Source: Octopus vulgaris (lineage: Eukaryota). From it: 64,000 bases of DNA. The stretch is taken from positions 7,688,001 through 7,752,000 of the forward strand of contig OX597815.1 in the NCBI GenBank assembly GCA_951406725.2, in the 5' to 3' direction. This document shows positions 27,577 through 42,016 of this stretch, one piece after another. The position numbers and the translations under genes were made by a program. The stretch's first letter is position 1. The number at the start of each line of letters is the position of its first letter. The notes under the pieces are model-generated. The model had not been told where the DNA came from, did not search any database, and worked only from the letters and a program-made list of their open reading frames with translations.

Positions 27577-28115
27577 GCACCAATATACACATTGCAATCG
27601 TTCATGTACGCGCTTGTATATAACAATAAGTATATATGCGTACGTACATACACAAATATATATATATATATGTATTATACATATATACATATATTATTCA
27701 CGTATGTATATAAGCATATTACATAAATATATATGTGCATTTATACACACATACACACACACACACAGACACACATTCACACATACATACACACATATAG
27801 AGTGAGGTGGAGGAGAGAGAGAGATTGAGATAGCTACGCATATATCTGAATATATAATTTTGTTATGTGTGTAACTTTATCGACCTCGGCTTGTTCCAAT
27901 TTGCCAGTCTTAACCTAATTCCTTTGTCCTGCCACTTTATATTTGATCATTGCTGCGCACAGCATATATATTCGATCAACAATTATTATTGAGACACTGT
28001 TTATATATACGCTCGCTCTCGCAAACGCACACACGCACGCACGCACGCACACACATAACACACACACACAGACACATATAAACCCACGCGCAAACACACA
28101 CACATTACATATATG

Positions 28116-28202
<87 letters not shown>

Positions 28203-28596
28203 GCATACACACATTCATATATATACAAACGTGTACATGTATGTATATTTTATACGCATAAATGTATTCGTGCATACGCACATTCACTCTCCCACACGCG
28301 TACACACCAGTGATCAAACTCACGCATGTACACACGTACATACATACATACATACATATACGCAAACATTTATATACATATGTATGTATGTATATATATA
28401 TAAATATATATATATATATTGATCTATATCTATCTGTTTATCTCTCTCTCTCTCTCTCTCTATCTATCTCTAGTCTTCTCTATCTCTTTCGATGCACAAG
28501 CACACATACATACGCACATATTACACACATACATACATACACGTACAGGAACACAAGCTGCACGCACACTTAGATACACTCTCACACAAACACACT

Positions 28597-28636
<40 letters not shown>

Positions 28637-29294
28637 TACACATGCAAGCATTCACACATGTGATCGCAAGTGTATGCTTGTTGCTATTAGAAGAATAGAT
28701 ATTTGAATCAGTTAATTTCTTTTATTGGCCATATACGTATGTAAATGGCGCTTTCTTCAAAGAGAAACCAATGAAATGGGTTTCGTTATCTTGTTATGTC
28801 CCTTTGTTCTGTCTTTGGTTGTTTAGTTTGTTTTAACCATCGCAGATAAGGTCATGCTGGGATACCACCTTCAGAGGGAAATGTATTTTTGTGCCTGTAT
28901 GGATGTGTGTGCGCGCGAGAGTTTTGCCTCTGTGTGTGTCTGAAGGGCCTGTGTTTTTGTCGCGTTTATCAGTTACATAGCATCTTTAGTTGGTGGTTCA
29001 AAGAATCGGTGCAGGCTCTTTTGTTTTGTCTGAATGCAGTCTTTTGCTGATTATTTACACCGAATCTATAAGAGGAATATGTTTAGATATCTTTTAAATA
29101 TCTCAAGAAAAATGTCGTTCTATTTTCGTAGATATTTTGAGAAGAAATTGTATAACCGCGAATATAAATACCCTGAAATTTGTGCGCAGTAGTTAGACCT
29201 ACTTAAAAATGGTTCACTGATATTCTTTTCAAAATTCGGCGGCACACCTGAAATAAAAAATACAACTAAAAGTATAAAGGAAAAAAAAAATATA

Positions 29295-29522
29295 TATTTC
29301 TTTACTACCCACAAGAGGTTAAACATAGAGGGGACAAACAAGGACAGACAAAGGGATTAAATCGATTACATCGACCCCAGTGCGAAACTGGTACTTAATT
29401 TATCGACCCCGAAAGGATGAAAGGCAAAATCGTCCACGGCGGAATTTGAACTTAGAACGTAGCGACAGACGAAATACCGTTAAGCATTTCGCCCGGCGCG
29501 CTAACGTTTCTGCCAGCTCGCC
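29295..29522 (-). mobile_element. SINE family B monomer
   Basis: Head, B box, core and tail all present. Confidence 0.9.
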
Positions 29523-30370
29523 ATATATTCAGGTTGCACAGCGGCACACCTATCATCGTCACGTGGAACACCAATGTGCCGCGACACACCGGTTGCTCTA
29601 GAGTATCGATATCACGGTTAGATATACCATACTAAAGGTTCATAGTACCCACTCAGCGCTAGATTGTTGAGAGTCTGTGAATAGAATTAGAGAAACAAGT
29701 AAATGTAGCTATTAGTTAGGTCCAGATAACCAAAGGTCGTTTAAGAGTTTAAATTGTATCCCTGTCTGGCGAAAGGTAGACCTCATTATAAGGGGTTATC
29801 TTTCTGTAATGTAGGTCAGAATTATTCCGGCGCTGAGTGACATCTCATTATTCTTCTCTCAGTTATACACAATACTAATGTCTTGTTCGATATCGATTTA
29901 TTTTTTGTCTTGCTCTCTTACATTACTTTGGTGATGTGGCGTGGATGCTCAGTGTGACCGTTTGTATATTTTCTTCGCGCCTGACGACATTTTGACGAGC
30001 TAAAGGAGACATCGAAAGGTGTCTGCAGGAGGCATGCCACTTATCACCCACACGCGTTTCTGACAAGGGCTTAACATTTGACCCGAATCTTCAAGAAACC
30101 AGTCATCCAAATGCCCATTTTTTCTTTTTATGTAAACACTTTGTCTGCCTGTGATATAAGATTCCCAGACCAACCAATTAATGATTCTGTCGAAATCAAG
30201 GTATACACAGTCAACCCTTGATCCAGGTAACAGACTTTTGAGGTAGAATCAGTGGATTTTGTTAAGGAAAACATCACTTGTCTCAGTAGTTTATTAATAT
30301 TCTGCGCACAATTCTCACACAATGTTAATGACATGTGACGTGTCTGTACCCTCCTGTCACTTTCATTATG

Positions 30371-30410
<40 letters not shown>

Positions 30411-30417
30411 AAGAGAG

Positions 30418-30460
<43 letters not shown>

Positions 30461-30941
30461 AAAAAAAAAAAAGGCCCTTTTAAGCAGGATACCAACTAGG
30501 GCCATCGCAGTCCGCTCACGTCTGCAGTGGCTCTGCATGGGTGACCTTGATCTTCAATCTGATTGCTGCCCCGCGTTACATCAGTTAGTTTATTGATTTA
30601 CATGTGCAGGAATGCATATTTAGTGTCCGTGATGATTTGTGAGAAGTTGGACGTTGAAGTTTAGGAGGAGCAACAGGCTTATGCGAAAATTCTGTTTCAA
30701 ATTGGGAAGACGTCTGCGTTTTCTAATATTGACTGCGGCCAGGACCTTTTTAAGCCAGTTACTTATTCTATCGATCCCTTGTGCCGAACAACTAGGTTAC
30801 AGGGACGTAACCAGCACCAGTTGCCAAGCGGTGGTGGTAGACAAACACAGACACAAACACACACACACACACACACACACATACATACATACATATACAC
30901 ACACATACATACATACATACATACATACATACATACACACA

Positions 30942-30977
<36 letters not shown>

Positions 30978-31224
30978 TTTACGACGGGCTTCTTTCAGTT
31001 TCCGTCTACCAAATCCCCTCACAGAGTTTTGGTCGGCTCGAGTCTATAGTAGAAGATACCACGCAGTGGGACTGAACCCGGAGCCATGTGGTTAGGAAGT
31101 AAGCTTCTTACCATAGTTACGCCTGCATCTAATCTCAAACATAATTATATTTTCTTGCACAGTATTAACAATTTCTTATACTAATCATTGTTTCTAATAT
31201 AAACACAAGGCCCGGAATTTTGGG

Positions 31225-31801
31225 GGAGGGGTGCAGTCGATTAGATCGTCCTCAGTATGCAACTGGTACTTAATTTATCGACTCCAAAAGGATGAAAAGC
31301 AAAGTCGACCTCGGCGGAATTTGAACTCAGGACGTAGCGGCAGACGAAATACCGCAAAGCATTTTGCCCGGCGTGCTAGCGTTTCTTATTTCTTTATTGC
31401 CCACAAGAGGTTAAACATAAAGGGGGCAAACAAGGACAGACAAAGGGATTAAGTCGATTACATCGACCCCAGTGCGTAACTGGTACTTATTTAATCGACC
31501 CCGAAAGGATGAAAGGCAAAGTCGACCTCGGCGGAATTTGAACTCAGAACGTAACTGCAAACGAAATGCCTATTTCTTTATTATCCTCAAGGGGCTAAAC
31601 ACAGCGGGGACAAACAAGAACAGACAAACGGATTAAGTCGATTATATCGACCCCAGTGCGTAACTGGTACTTATTTAATCGACCCCGAAAAGATGAAAGG
31701 CAAAGTCGACCTCGGCGGAATTTGAACTCAGAACGTAACGGCAGACTAAATACCGTTAAGCATTTCGGCCGGCGTGTTAACGTTTCTGCCAGCTCGCCGC
31801 C
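31225..31801 (-). mobile_element. SINE family B dimer inserted into or next to an older B-like copy
   Basis: Two ~184 bp units at 31387-31801 and a further partial copy at 31225-31386. Confidence 0.88.
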
Positions 31802-32050
31802 TTAGTCCATTAGCACTCTTTCAGGATGATAATGCACCTACCTCAGGGCTTGACAAGTACTTTATTTTATGGACCCTCAAAGAATGAAAGGATGAGTTGG
31901 CTGCAGCAAGATTTGAGCTCAGAGCGTGCAGAGCCAGAAGAAATATTAAGCATTTTGTTCAGCGCACCAAGGCTTTTTGCCAGTTCGATTAAATATGAAA
32001 AAAAGGGAAAAACACATTTTCTAGAATCATCTACTTCTGGCGTGTATAGC

Positions 32051-32118
<68 letters not shown>

Positions 32119-32183
32119 GGTCCCGGGTTGAGTCGGGGTTAACCACAGTAAATAAGGTACTCAATACATAGCAGAGTAAAGTA

Positions 32184-32261
32184 ATTTATTTTATAGAAGG
32201 AGCTTCTACAGGACTAGAACTGTTTCATTAGTCCTGTAGAAGTTCCTTCTATAAAATAAAT
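32184..32261. repeat. 33-bp near-perfect hairpin with 12-nt loop
   Basis: atttattttatagaaggagcttctacaggacta / tagtcctgtagaagttccttctataaaataaat. Confidence 0.9.
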
Positions 32262-32279
32262 ATATATATATATATATAT

Positions 32280-32368
<89 letters not shown>

Positions 32369-32372
32369 CATG

Positions 32373-32440
<68 letters not shown>

Positions 32441-33009
32441 TAGATAGATAGATAGATATAAAGCACGATTTATTCGCGATCAGGGTTGTTCGAAAACCGG
32501 GGTACAACTGTACATGTTTACACGCACACACACACACACTTGTGTGTGTGTGTGTGTGTGCGTGTATGTGCATGTATGCGTATGCATGTGTGGTACAGCC
32601 AAATCTCAATATAAGGTATTTCTGTTTAGATAAATCAGCTATAAATGTACAAATAAGTAAAGATAAAAAATACTTCTCTGTCTCTTTCTCTTCCACTTTC
32701 TTTCTTTCTTTCTTTCTTTATTCCACCCGTTTATGTATATGTATCAGTCAGCCAACCCAAGTCAACCTGACGGTCACATAAAAGATATCATCATATAATG
32801 ATTTACGACCAAAGTGACCGCTCTGTGCCAGACCAAATGCCAATCTGTGTACGCTTGGTTATTAAACTACCTACTTTAAGGGATTCGGCCAACTAGTGGT
32901 CAGCCGACAAGTGAAATGTTTTGCTTTAAACCTGATAAATGATCAAAGAAGGGAGGAGGGTAAAGGAAGGTACAGGGTATGATTGATAGATAGATAGATA
33001 GTCTGGAGC

Positions 33010-33325
33010 GAAAGAGAGAGAGAGAGAGAGAGTAAAAGAGGAAGACAGAGAGAGAGAGTAAAAGAAAAAGAAGAAGAGAGAGAGAGAGTAAAAGAAGAAG
33101 ACAGAGAGAGAGTAAAAGAAGAAGAGAGAGAGAGAGTAAAAGAAGAAGACAGAGAGAGAGTGAGAGAGAGTAAAAGATGAAGACTGAGAGTGAGTGAGAG
33201 AGAGAGTAAAAGAGGAAGACTGAGAGCGAGAGAGAGAGGGAGAGTAAAAGAGGAAGAGAGAGAGAGAGAGTAAAAGAGGAAGACTGAGAGTGAGTGAGAA
33301 GAGAGAGAGAGAGAGAGAGAGAGTG
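33010..33325. repeat. Purine-rich minisatellite (GA)n-GTAAAAGAGGAAGAC
   Basis: About 10 variable units. Confidence 0.85.
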
Positions 33326-33649
33326 AAGGGGATTGATGGTATTGGTTGGTGGGAAAGGTTATGTGTGTTGCTATTGTCGTTTAGCCCCGACCTAGCAACC
33401 GTGAGGATTAAAGTTATTCCAATCGTGACAAAGCCATTTTCCCCCTATGTACAGGAAATCCCAGGCCATATTATCCAATATAATCTTTTCTATAATAGTC
33501 GGGCACGATATGAGAAAGATTTGGCTGGTATTTCTTGTAGATTCAGCGACTCCCGTTGAGGCTCATTCATTTGCCTGGAGTGCTGTGGTCCAACGAAAAA
33601 GATTTATCGATCATGTTAATATTGAACTTAGTGTAAACTTTGGGATCGA

Positions 33650-34393
33650 GAAGCCCTGTAATCAAAAATGTCCCAACCGTGAACATCCCAAACGTTGCAA
33701 AGCATTTAGAGTGGAGTAAAAAAAAAAACTACAAAATTGGTCTCTAGAAGAATGCTATTTTTTGGGACGAGTCATCCATTACCTTATTTCCGACCACCGG
33801 CCGAGTATACGTGTGAAGACAGCCAAAAGAAGTATTTGACCTAGATTGCCTGCTTCCAACTGTTAAACATGGAGCAGGATCTGCGGTGATCTGGTGGTGG
33901 TGGGGGGCTATATCTTGGAAATCCACCAGCCCAATGGTTTCCTTTCATGGCAGAATCAATAGTCAAGACTATTTAAGCATTTTATATGATCAAATTCATA
34001 CTATGGTTGCGGGGGGAAACGCAATCTTTCAGCATGATAATGCACCAATTCACATAGCTAAAGTTGTTACTGAATGGCACGAGGAACATTCTAGTGAAGT
34101 TGAACATCTTATCTGGCCACCACAGTCCCCAGATCTCAATATTATTGAACATTCATGCTGCATTTTAGAAAAACAAGTAAGGAGTCGAAATCCTCCACCA
34201 TCATCATTACAAGAACTGGAGACTGTTTTAGCTGAAGAATGGACAAAAATTTCTTTGGAAACAACTTAAACTTTGTATGAGTCCATACCTCGTAGAATTC
34301 AAGCTGAAATTACTGCCAAAGGTGGTCCTACACTATATTAAAACAAATTTGTTTGAAATTTTAAGGTGTTTCCATTATTTTGTCCAACCCCTG
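33650..34393 (+). pseudogene. Tc1-family transposase remnant (DD36E spacing) with 3' TIR
   Basis: DES...TVKHG...WGAI...FQHDNAPIH...WPPQSPDLNIIEH...KGGPT, with stops and frameshifts; ends ttttgtccaacccCTG|TA. Confidence 0.9.
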
Positions 34394-34607
34394 TATATTC
34401 GATGGGCTGCTCTCAGTTTCTATCTACCAAATCCACTCAGCAAGGCTTTGGTTGGCCCTCGACACGCACTTATAGTGAAAGAGGCTTACTCAAGATGTCA
34501 CGCAATGGGACTGAACCCGGAACCACGTCGTGTGCAAGCAAGCTTCTTACCACACAGCCATGCTTGCTCCACTATGTGTGTGCATGTGTGTATGTCTGTG
34601 TGTGTGT

Positions 34608-34643
<36 letters not shown>

Positions 34644-35441
34644 AAAGAAGAGAGAGATAGAGAGAGAGAGAGAGAGAGGAAAGAAGAGAGAGATAGAGAA
34701 TACTTTCCACGAATCTATCTCCTGTCCTGCCGCCACCTGAAAGCCTGATGGACACTAATCTCCTCCCACCCACCCACGCCAGTCACCTCCTCATGATGTG
34801 TTATAAATTGTGTGATATCATTTATCTTACTTATTCATCAATTTCGCATTTGGCTCGGGTGAGAGTTGGGGAGTGTGGTGGGTGTGACGGACGGACGGAC
34901 GTGACGGGTGGTTGTTCGGGGTGGCTTCTAGCGTTATTTATCTGCGGAAATGGACATCTTCACTCGACCATATTATGTGTATCTATGTTCTGTTATTTAT
35001 ATAGGTATGTGTTTCTAATATCGTTTTTTTTTCTTCCGTATCTTTTATTCGTTTCAGTCACTGGAGGGTGGCCATGCTGGAGCACCACCTTGAAGTGTGT
35101 AGTGGGACAAGTCGGTCCTAGTACTTATTATTTAATGGTACTTATTTTATCTGTCTTTTAGGTGAAACCTTTAGCTTAAAACCAACACTGGTTGTCAAGC
35201 GGTGGAGGAGGGGCAAACACAAACAAAAGCATACACACACAAACCCACACATATACACACGCGCATACATATATGTATGGAAGGCCAGCATGTCTGTCTG
35301 TCTGTCTATCTACCTATCTTTCTTGTTATCTATATTTCTATCAATTTATATAAGTAAGGATAAGATCGATATTTAAATACCGATCTTATCAGGTGGCCAG
35401 CATGGGAATAAAAACCTTCAAAGGTAATAATTATTATTAAA

Positions 35442-35777
35442 ATTATAATTTAGAGTATCTAAGAGATACATCCACGCTTGAAATAAAAACCACATTAAAA
35501 TGTTCATACAGCACCAGGAGAGAAGACAAAAAGGACAAAATAAACTAGCAAAAAAATTATTGGATAATTCCAGATCCCAGATTTCTGGCTCTGCATAAGA
35601 AATGCTCTGCCTTCATCAGTGGAATATACTCAGAAAGCACATAAATACAAATATATATATACAACATACGATATACTTCTCTCCTGGTGCTGTATGAACA
35701 TTTAATGTGGTTTTAGAGCCAAGTTTTGGCTGCTATTTCCAGCGTGGTGGTATCTCTTAGATACCCTAAATTATAAT
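35442..35777. mobile_element. Fold-back element enclosing a hammerhead (Penelope-like pLTR remnant)
   Basis: ttataatttagagtatctaagagatac...tgttcatacagcaccaggagagaag is inverted at cttctctcctggtgctgtatgaaca...gtatctcttagataccctaaattataa. Confidence 0.8.
35567..35625 (-). ncRNA. Type I hammerhead ribozyme motif, intact core
   Basis: Reverse complement: ATTCCA-CTGATGA-a-GGC agaGCATttcttATGCaga GCC-a-GAAA-TCtggGA-TC-TGGAAT (6-bp stem I, AUC triplet). Confidence 0.75.
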
Positions 35778-36073
35778 TATATGTTTATCAATGTATGTAT
35801 ATATATATATTTCTCTTATTCTTTTACTTGTTTCAGCCATTTGACTGTTGCCATGCTACAACGCTGCATTGGGGGGTTTTAGTCGAAGCAATCGATCCTA
35901 GGGCATATTCTTTACAAGCCCGGTACTTATTCTATCGGTCACTTTTGCCGAACCGCTTAGTTAAGGGCACGTAAACACACAAACATCGGTTGTGGAGCGA
36001 TGGCAGGGGAACAAACACAGACACAAAGACACACACACACACACACACATACATACATACATACATACATACA

Positions 36074-37487
<1,414 letters not shown>

Positions 37488-37514
37488 AAAATAAGCAACA
37501 AGAATGGATCCGGT

Positions 37515-37606
37515 AACTTAGTACAATTGTTTCATACTATAACATTTTATTAAAAGCTGTAAATATTACAGCAGATATAATATGTCAAGTAATCTTCAGC
37601 TAATTT
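37515..37606 (-). ncRNA. Hammerhead ribozyme motif with extended stem II
   Basis: Reverse complement: aaattag-CTGAAGA-tTACT...(GCTGTAA tat TTACAGC)...AGTAt-GAAA-CAATTG-TA-ctaagtt. Confidence 0.72.
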
Positions 37607-37703
37607 CATATAGGTTTTCCAATAATATAAAATTCTATATTTTATATATATTATATTATTAAATATAAAATTCTATATTTTATATTATTGGAAAACCTAT
37701 ATG

Positions 37704-37795
37704 AAATTAGCTGAAGATTACTTGACATATTATATCTGCTGTAATATTTACAGCTTTTAATAAAATGTTATAGTATGAAACAATTGTACTTAGTT
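37704..37795 (+). ncRNA. Hammerhead ribozyme motif with extended stem II (mirror copy)
   Basis: aaattag-CTGAAGA-tTACT...AGTAt-GAAA-CAATTG-TA-cttagtt. Confidence 0.7.
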
Positions 37796-37922
37796 ACCGG
37801 ACCCATTTTTGTTGCTTATTTTTGATTATAATCACCCCGCATATTTTTATGGGTAATACCATAAAAAATTCTGGTGCATCTAAATTACGTACCATATTCA
37901 TTTGAATCTAAATTGTTTGCTG

Positions 37923-37995
<73 letters not shown>

Positions 37996-38166
37996 AAATG
38001 AGAAAATGGAGAAATATATCTAAATCAATCATCAACCATCAGATAATACCCAATCAATACTTTATTAAACCTTTACACATTAGCAATGATATTATACATT
38101 AATATAGTACAAATATAAGAAGACATAGAAATAGAAATAGAAATACATTTACATTGTAGCTGACAG

Positions 38167-38219
<53 letters not shown>

Positions 38220-38332
38220 ACAGGCTTGTTTCAGTTTCCGTGTACCAAATCCACTCACAAGGCTTGGTCGGCCTGAGGTTATAACACACACACGCTCCCC
38301 CCCCCACACACACATAAGGACACAAATGAAGT

Positions 38333-38426
38333 TTCAAATTTGCTACATCTGTTTCGGCAACGTTTTATTCATGCGTTCATAAATTACATCATGGCATAAT
38401 TCCACCGTCCTCAGGTAAAATTTGAA
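38333..38426 (-). ncRNA. Hammerhead ribozyme motif with long stem II insert
   Basis: Reverse complement: TTCAAATTTtac-CTGAGGA-cGG...CC-GAAA-CAGATG-TA-gcAAATTTGAA. Confidence 0.55.
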
Positions 38427-38649
38427 GCACGTATAACCATGCAGGGTAAAACTAGATGGCCTGTTCACCAACTAACATGACGAGCAAGCAATCGATGTGT
38501 ATTCTATGAAGTATTGCTTATACCTTTATACGTCTGGGATGTTCAAATTTATGCCACATAACTGTCTAAGCTATTTTTTCTATTTTTGTTCCACACAAAC
38601 ACACATACGACACGACACAACACATAGCTATATAAGGAGAGGCAGGGAG

Positions 38650-38685
<36 letters not shown>

Positions 38686-38765
38686 AATTGCAGCGTGGAA
38701 TGTGTTTATAAGCCATTTAAGAAACACACAAAAACCGTTCGATTCACTTCAACATTTAAATTTTA

Positions 38766-38816
38766 TTTGTCAAAATATTTTCGTCACTTTGAGACCGCGA
38801 CCTGTTCACTGACAAA
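38766..38816 (-). ncRNA. Variant hammerhead motif (G3:C8 core)
   Basis: Reverse complement: TTTGTCA-GTGAACA-g-GTCGC ggtctcaaa GTGAC-GAAA-ATAT-TT-TGACAAA. Confidence 0.62.
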
Positions 38817-38828
38817 ACTTCGTGCTGT

Positions 38829-38879
38829 TTTGTCAGTGAACAGGTCGCAGTTTCAAAGTAACGAAAATATTTTGACAAA
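38829..38879 (+). ncRNA. Variant hammerhead motif (G3:C8 core), mirror copy
   Basis: TTTGTCA-GTGAACA-g-GTCGC agtttcaaa GTAAC-GAAA-ATAT-TT-TGACAAA (one stem II mismatch). Confidence 0.58.
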
Positions 38880-39016
38880 TTAAATTTAAATGTTGAAGTG
38901 AATCGAACGGCTTTTGTGTGTTTCTTAAATGGCTTATAAACACCTTCCAAGCTGCAATTGTTTTCGTTCTAGCACACGATCTCAGATCAGGTCACTCGCT
39001 ATGCAAGTACATCTCC

Positions 39017-39118
<102 letters not shown>

Positions 39119-39633
39119 AGAGATGAACACACATATACAGACGCACAAAAATGCACACGATTTGACGTTTATATATACCCTTTACATAGAATGACATATA
39201 TCTTCTGTTGATTGGTGGAATCTTGTGTAAATATTGACATAAACATATCAACTGGTGTATGTAATTTACACTGTGGGATAGCTACAGATAATTATTTCAC
39301 GAGTAAGCTGACAACTACCCAGTGAGAGGAGTTCTACCCGGATTCTTCTGTATATTCAGTCAATGCATAAAGCTCACTATGCAAGATCATAGGATAACAC
39401 ACATACATACAAACATACACACACAGACATGCGTTCATTTATATATATACACATCGATATATACGTTTGTGTGAATATGTATGTGAGTGTGCATGTACGT
39501 TTACGTATTGTATGCATATTGTATGTGTATATATACATCGTCATATACATATATGCGTGTGTGAGAGTATGGTATGTACGTATACGTATTGTTGTATGCA
39601 TGTATACATGCATGTACGTATTCATGTATGTAA

Positions 39634-39676
<43 letters not shown>

Positions 39677-39795
39677 TACATATATATATATATATAACGG
39701 GAAGCTTTATGAAAATAAACAAAAGACGAAGGCAGGTGGAATACAAACAAACAATTGTATTAGTATGGCGCTCAGGAATATAAATAAAACAAGTA

Positions 39796-39924
<129 letters not shown>

Positions 39925-39933
39925 AATAAATAA

Positions 39934-39986
<53 letters not shown>

Positions 39987-40378
39987 AGGAGCAAAGATAC
40001 TGAAGATTCACTATACAGTACGTAGCAAAATTATGAGTTGAAAATATGTGGAAAAAAATATAAAAAGTGAAAGAGAAATGCCTTCGTTTCATATAGTTTA
40101 ATACCTTTTTTATAAATATATACATATTATATGGATGTTGTGAAAACCAACCGGTTTTCGCTATTTAAATTAGCTTTTCAAGGGACATTGTACAGTAATC
40201 AATTCTCGTGACAGAGGGGTCTAGTCATTTTGGATGCTTGAAAAATAAGAATGAGTCTAGAGAGTGAACCAAGGGGGACAACTGACTCCGAAATCAGAAA
40301 AACAAAAAGACGAAGACAGGAGAGGTGTATGAACAACAAGTAGGTGTATTAGTTTGACGCTCGGGAAAGTGAGAAAGT

Positions 40379-40414
40379 CTTTTACGTTTCGTGCCTACGC
40401 TCTTCAATAGAAAG
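40379..40414 (-). ncRNA. Degenerate ultra-minimal hammerhead motif
   Basis: Reverse complement: CTTT-CTATTGA-a-GAGC gtag GCAC-GAAA-CG-TA-AAAG; core mutated; same repeat family as 15522. Confidence 0.4.
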
Positions 40415-40482
40415 GGATAAGAGAAAATAAACAGAGATAGAATAAAAAAACTTGTGGATTTAGCGATCAAGCATGGCGACTG

Positions 40483-40573
<91 letters not shown>

Positions 40574-40640
40574 ATGTATATATATGTAGTATATTGTTTT
40601 ATTTTTATGCAAATCGTCAAATTTATCCTGAAACACCCTG

Positions 40641-40674
<34 letters not shown>

Positions 40675-40707
40675 TGTATGTATACAGTGTGTTTCAGAAT
40701 ATATATA

Positions 40708-41503
40708 CAGTGTGTTTCAGAATAAATTTGACGGTTTGCATAAAAGAAAATAAAACAATTTTTTTTTTCTATTTGGGTATGATCATATTTTTTGCAAATT
40801 AACCACAATTATCCATCCAAAAATAACGTATTTTAAAAAAATCGAAAAATATCAACTAGATTACGATTGGGAGGTAACAGCTTATTCAAAGTAGCTGTCC
40901 TCAGCTTCCACCACGGCTTCAAGACGGTTCCAGATTTGGCACATGCGTTCCTCATTGCGTCCCTGAGATGACTGACCTTCGAACACCGCTTTCATTTTGG
41001 CCACCACCTCGGCCTCGGTAATGCAGGCAGAACGGTTTTTCTTTACCGCGCCCCACACTTAGTAATCCGTGGAATTACAATTGGGTGAATTAGGAGGTCA
41101 GAAATTGGGCCAGATGAAATGGTAGAAATTCTCCGACAACTACTTCTGACTCTCTCTCCAGAGTCATGACAAGGAACCGAATTTACTTACTGTTGACCAT
41201 CAATCACAGTTTGGAGAACTTGGTTTTCTTGATGTCTGTTTTACGTCTTATAACCTTTACAGCGTTCCGAAAGCATTAGTCTTGCTTTCGGCATTTTGCT
41301 ACCCGGTGCAAATTATCATGTTACAAGTAACTCTTTCCCAATACGCAGATGGCTTCCAGTCCTCCATGTCAGCTAATTTTTTCTTAACTACAGCTTTAAA
41401 CTTTATGTTCTTCAACACCATTGGTTGGTTGTTCACCAATACATCAAACTGTTTCTGAAAAAAAGAAGATATAAACATCGTCAAATTTATCCCGAACATC
41501 CTG
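40708..41503 (-). mobile_element. Internally deleted maT/DD37D-like Tc1/mariner element
   Basis: TA|CAGTGTGTTTCAGAATAAATTTGACG ... CGTCAAATTTATCCCGAACATCCTG|TA; minus translation SQK*LSENFYHFIWPNF*PPNSPNCNSTDY*VWGAV. Confidence 0.8.
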
Positions 41504-41514
41504 TATTTGTCACA

Positions 41515-41594
<80 letters not shown>

Positions 41595-41602
41595 TCTCTA
41601 TA

Positions 41603-42016
41603 TATTTCTTTACTACCCACAAGGGGTTAAACACAGCGGGGACAAACAAGGACAGACAGACGGATTAAATTCGATTATATCGACCCCAGTGCGTAACTGG
41701 TACTTAATTTATCGACCCCGAAAGGATGAAAGGCAAAGTCGACCTCGGCGGAATTTGAACTCAGAACGTAGCGGCAGACGAAATACCTATTTCTTTACTA
41801 CCCACAAGGGGCTAAACAGTGGGGACAAACAAGGACAGACAAACGAATTAAGTCGATTATATCGACCCCAGTGCGTAACTGGTACTTAATTTATCGACCC
41901 CGAAAGGATGAAAGGCAAAGTCGACCTCGGCGGAATTTGAACTCAGAACGTAGCGGCAGACGAAATACGGCTACGCATTTCGCCCGGCGTGCTAACGTTT
42001 CTACCAGCTCGCCGCC
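41603..42016 (-). mobile_element. SINE family B dimer
   Basis: Two units joined by the gaaatac|ctatttc junction. Confidence 0.9.

Noticed and set aside
29920-30370. Possible coding exon in non-repetitive sequence
   Set aside because: The frames I checked are short, stop-interrupted and lack a recognisable motif.
38497-38950. Near-identical peptides on both strands (VYKPFKKHTK...)
   Set aside because: A consequence of the palindrome, with no evidence of coding.
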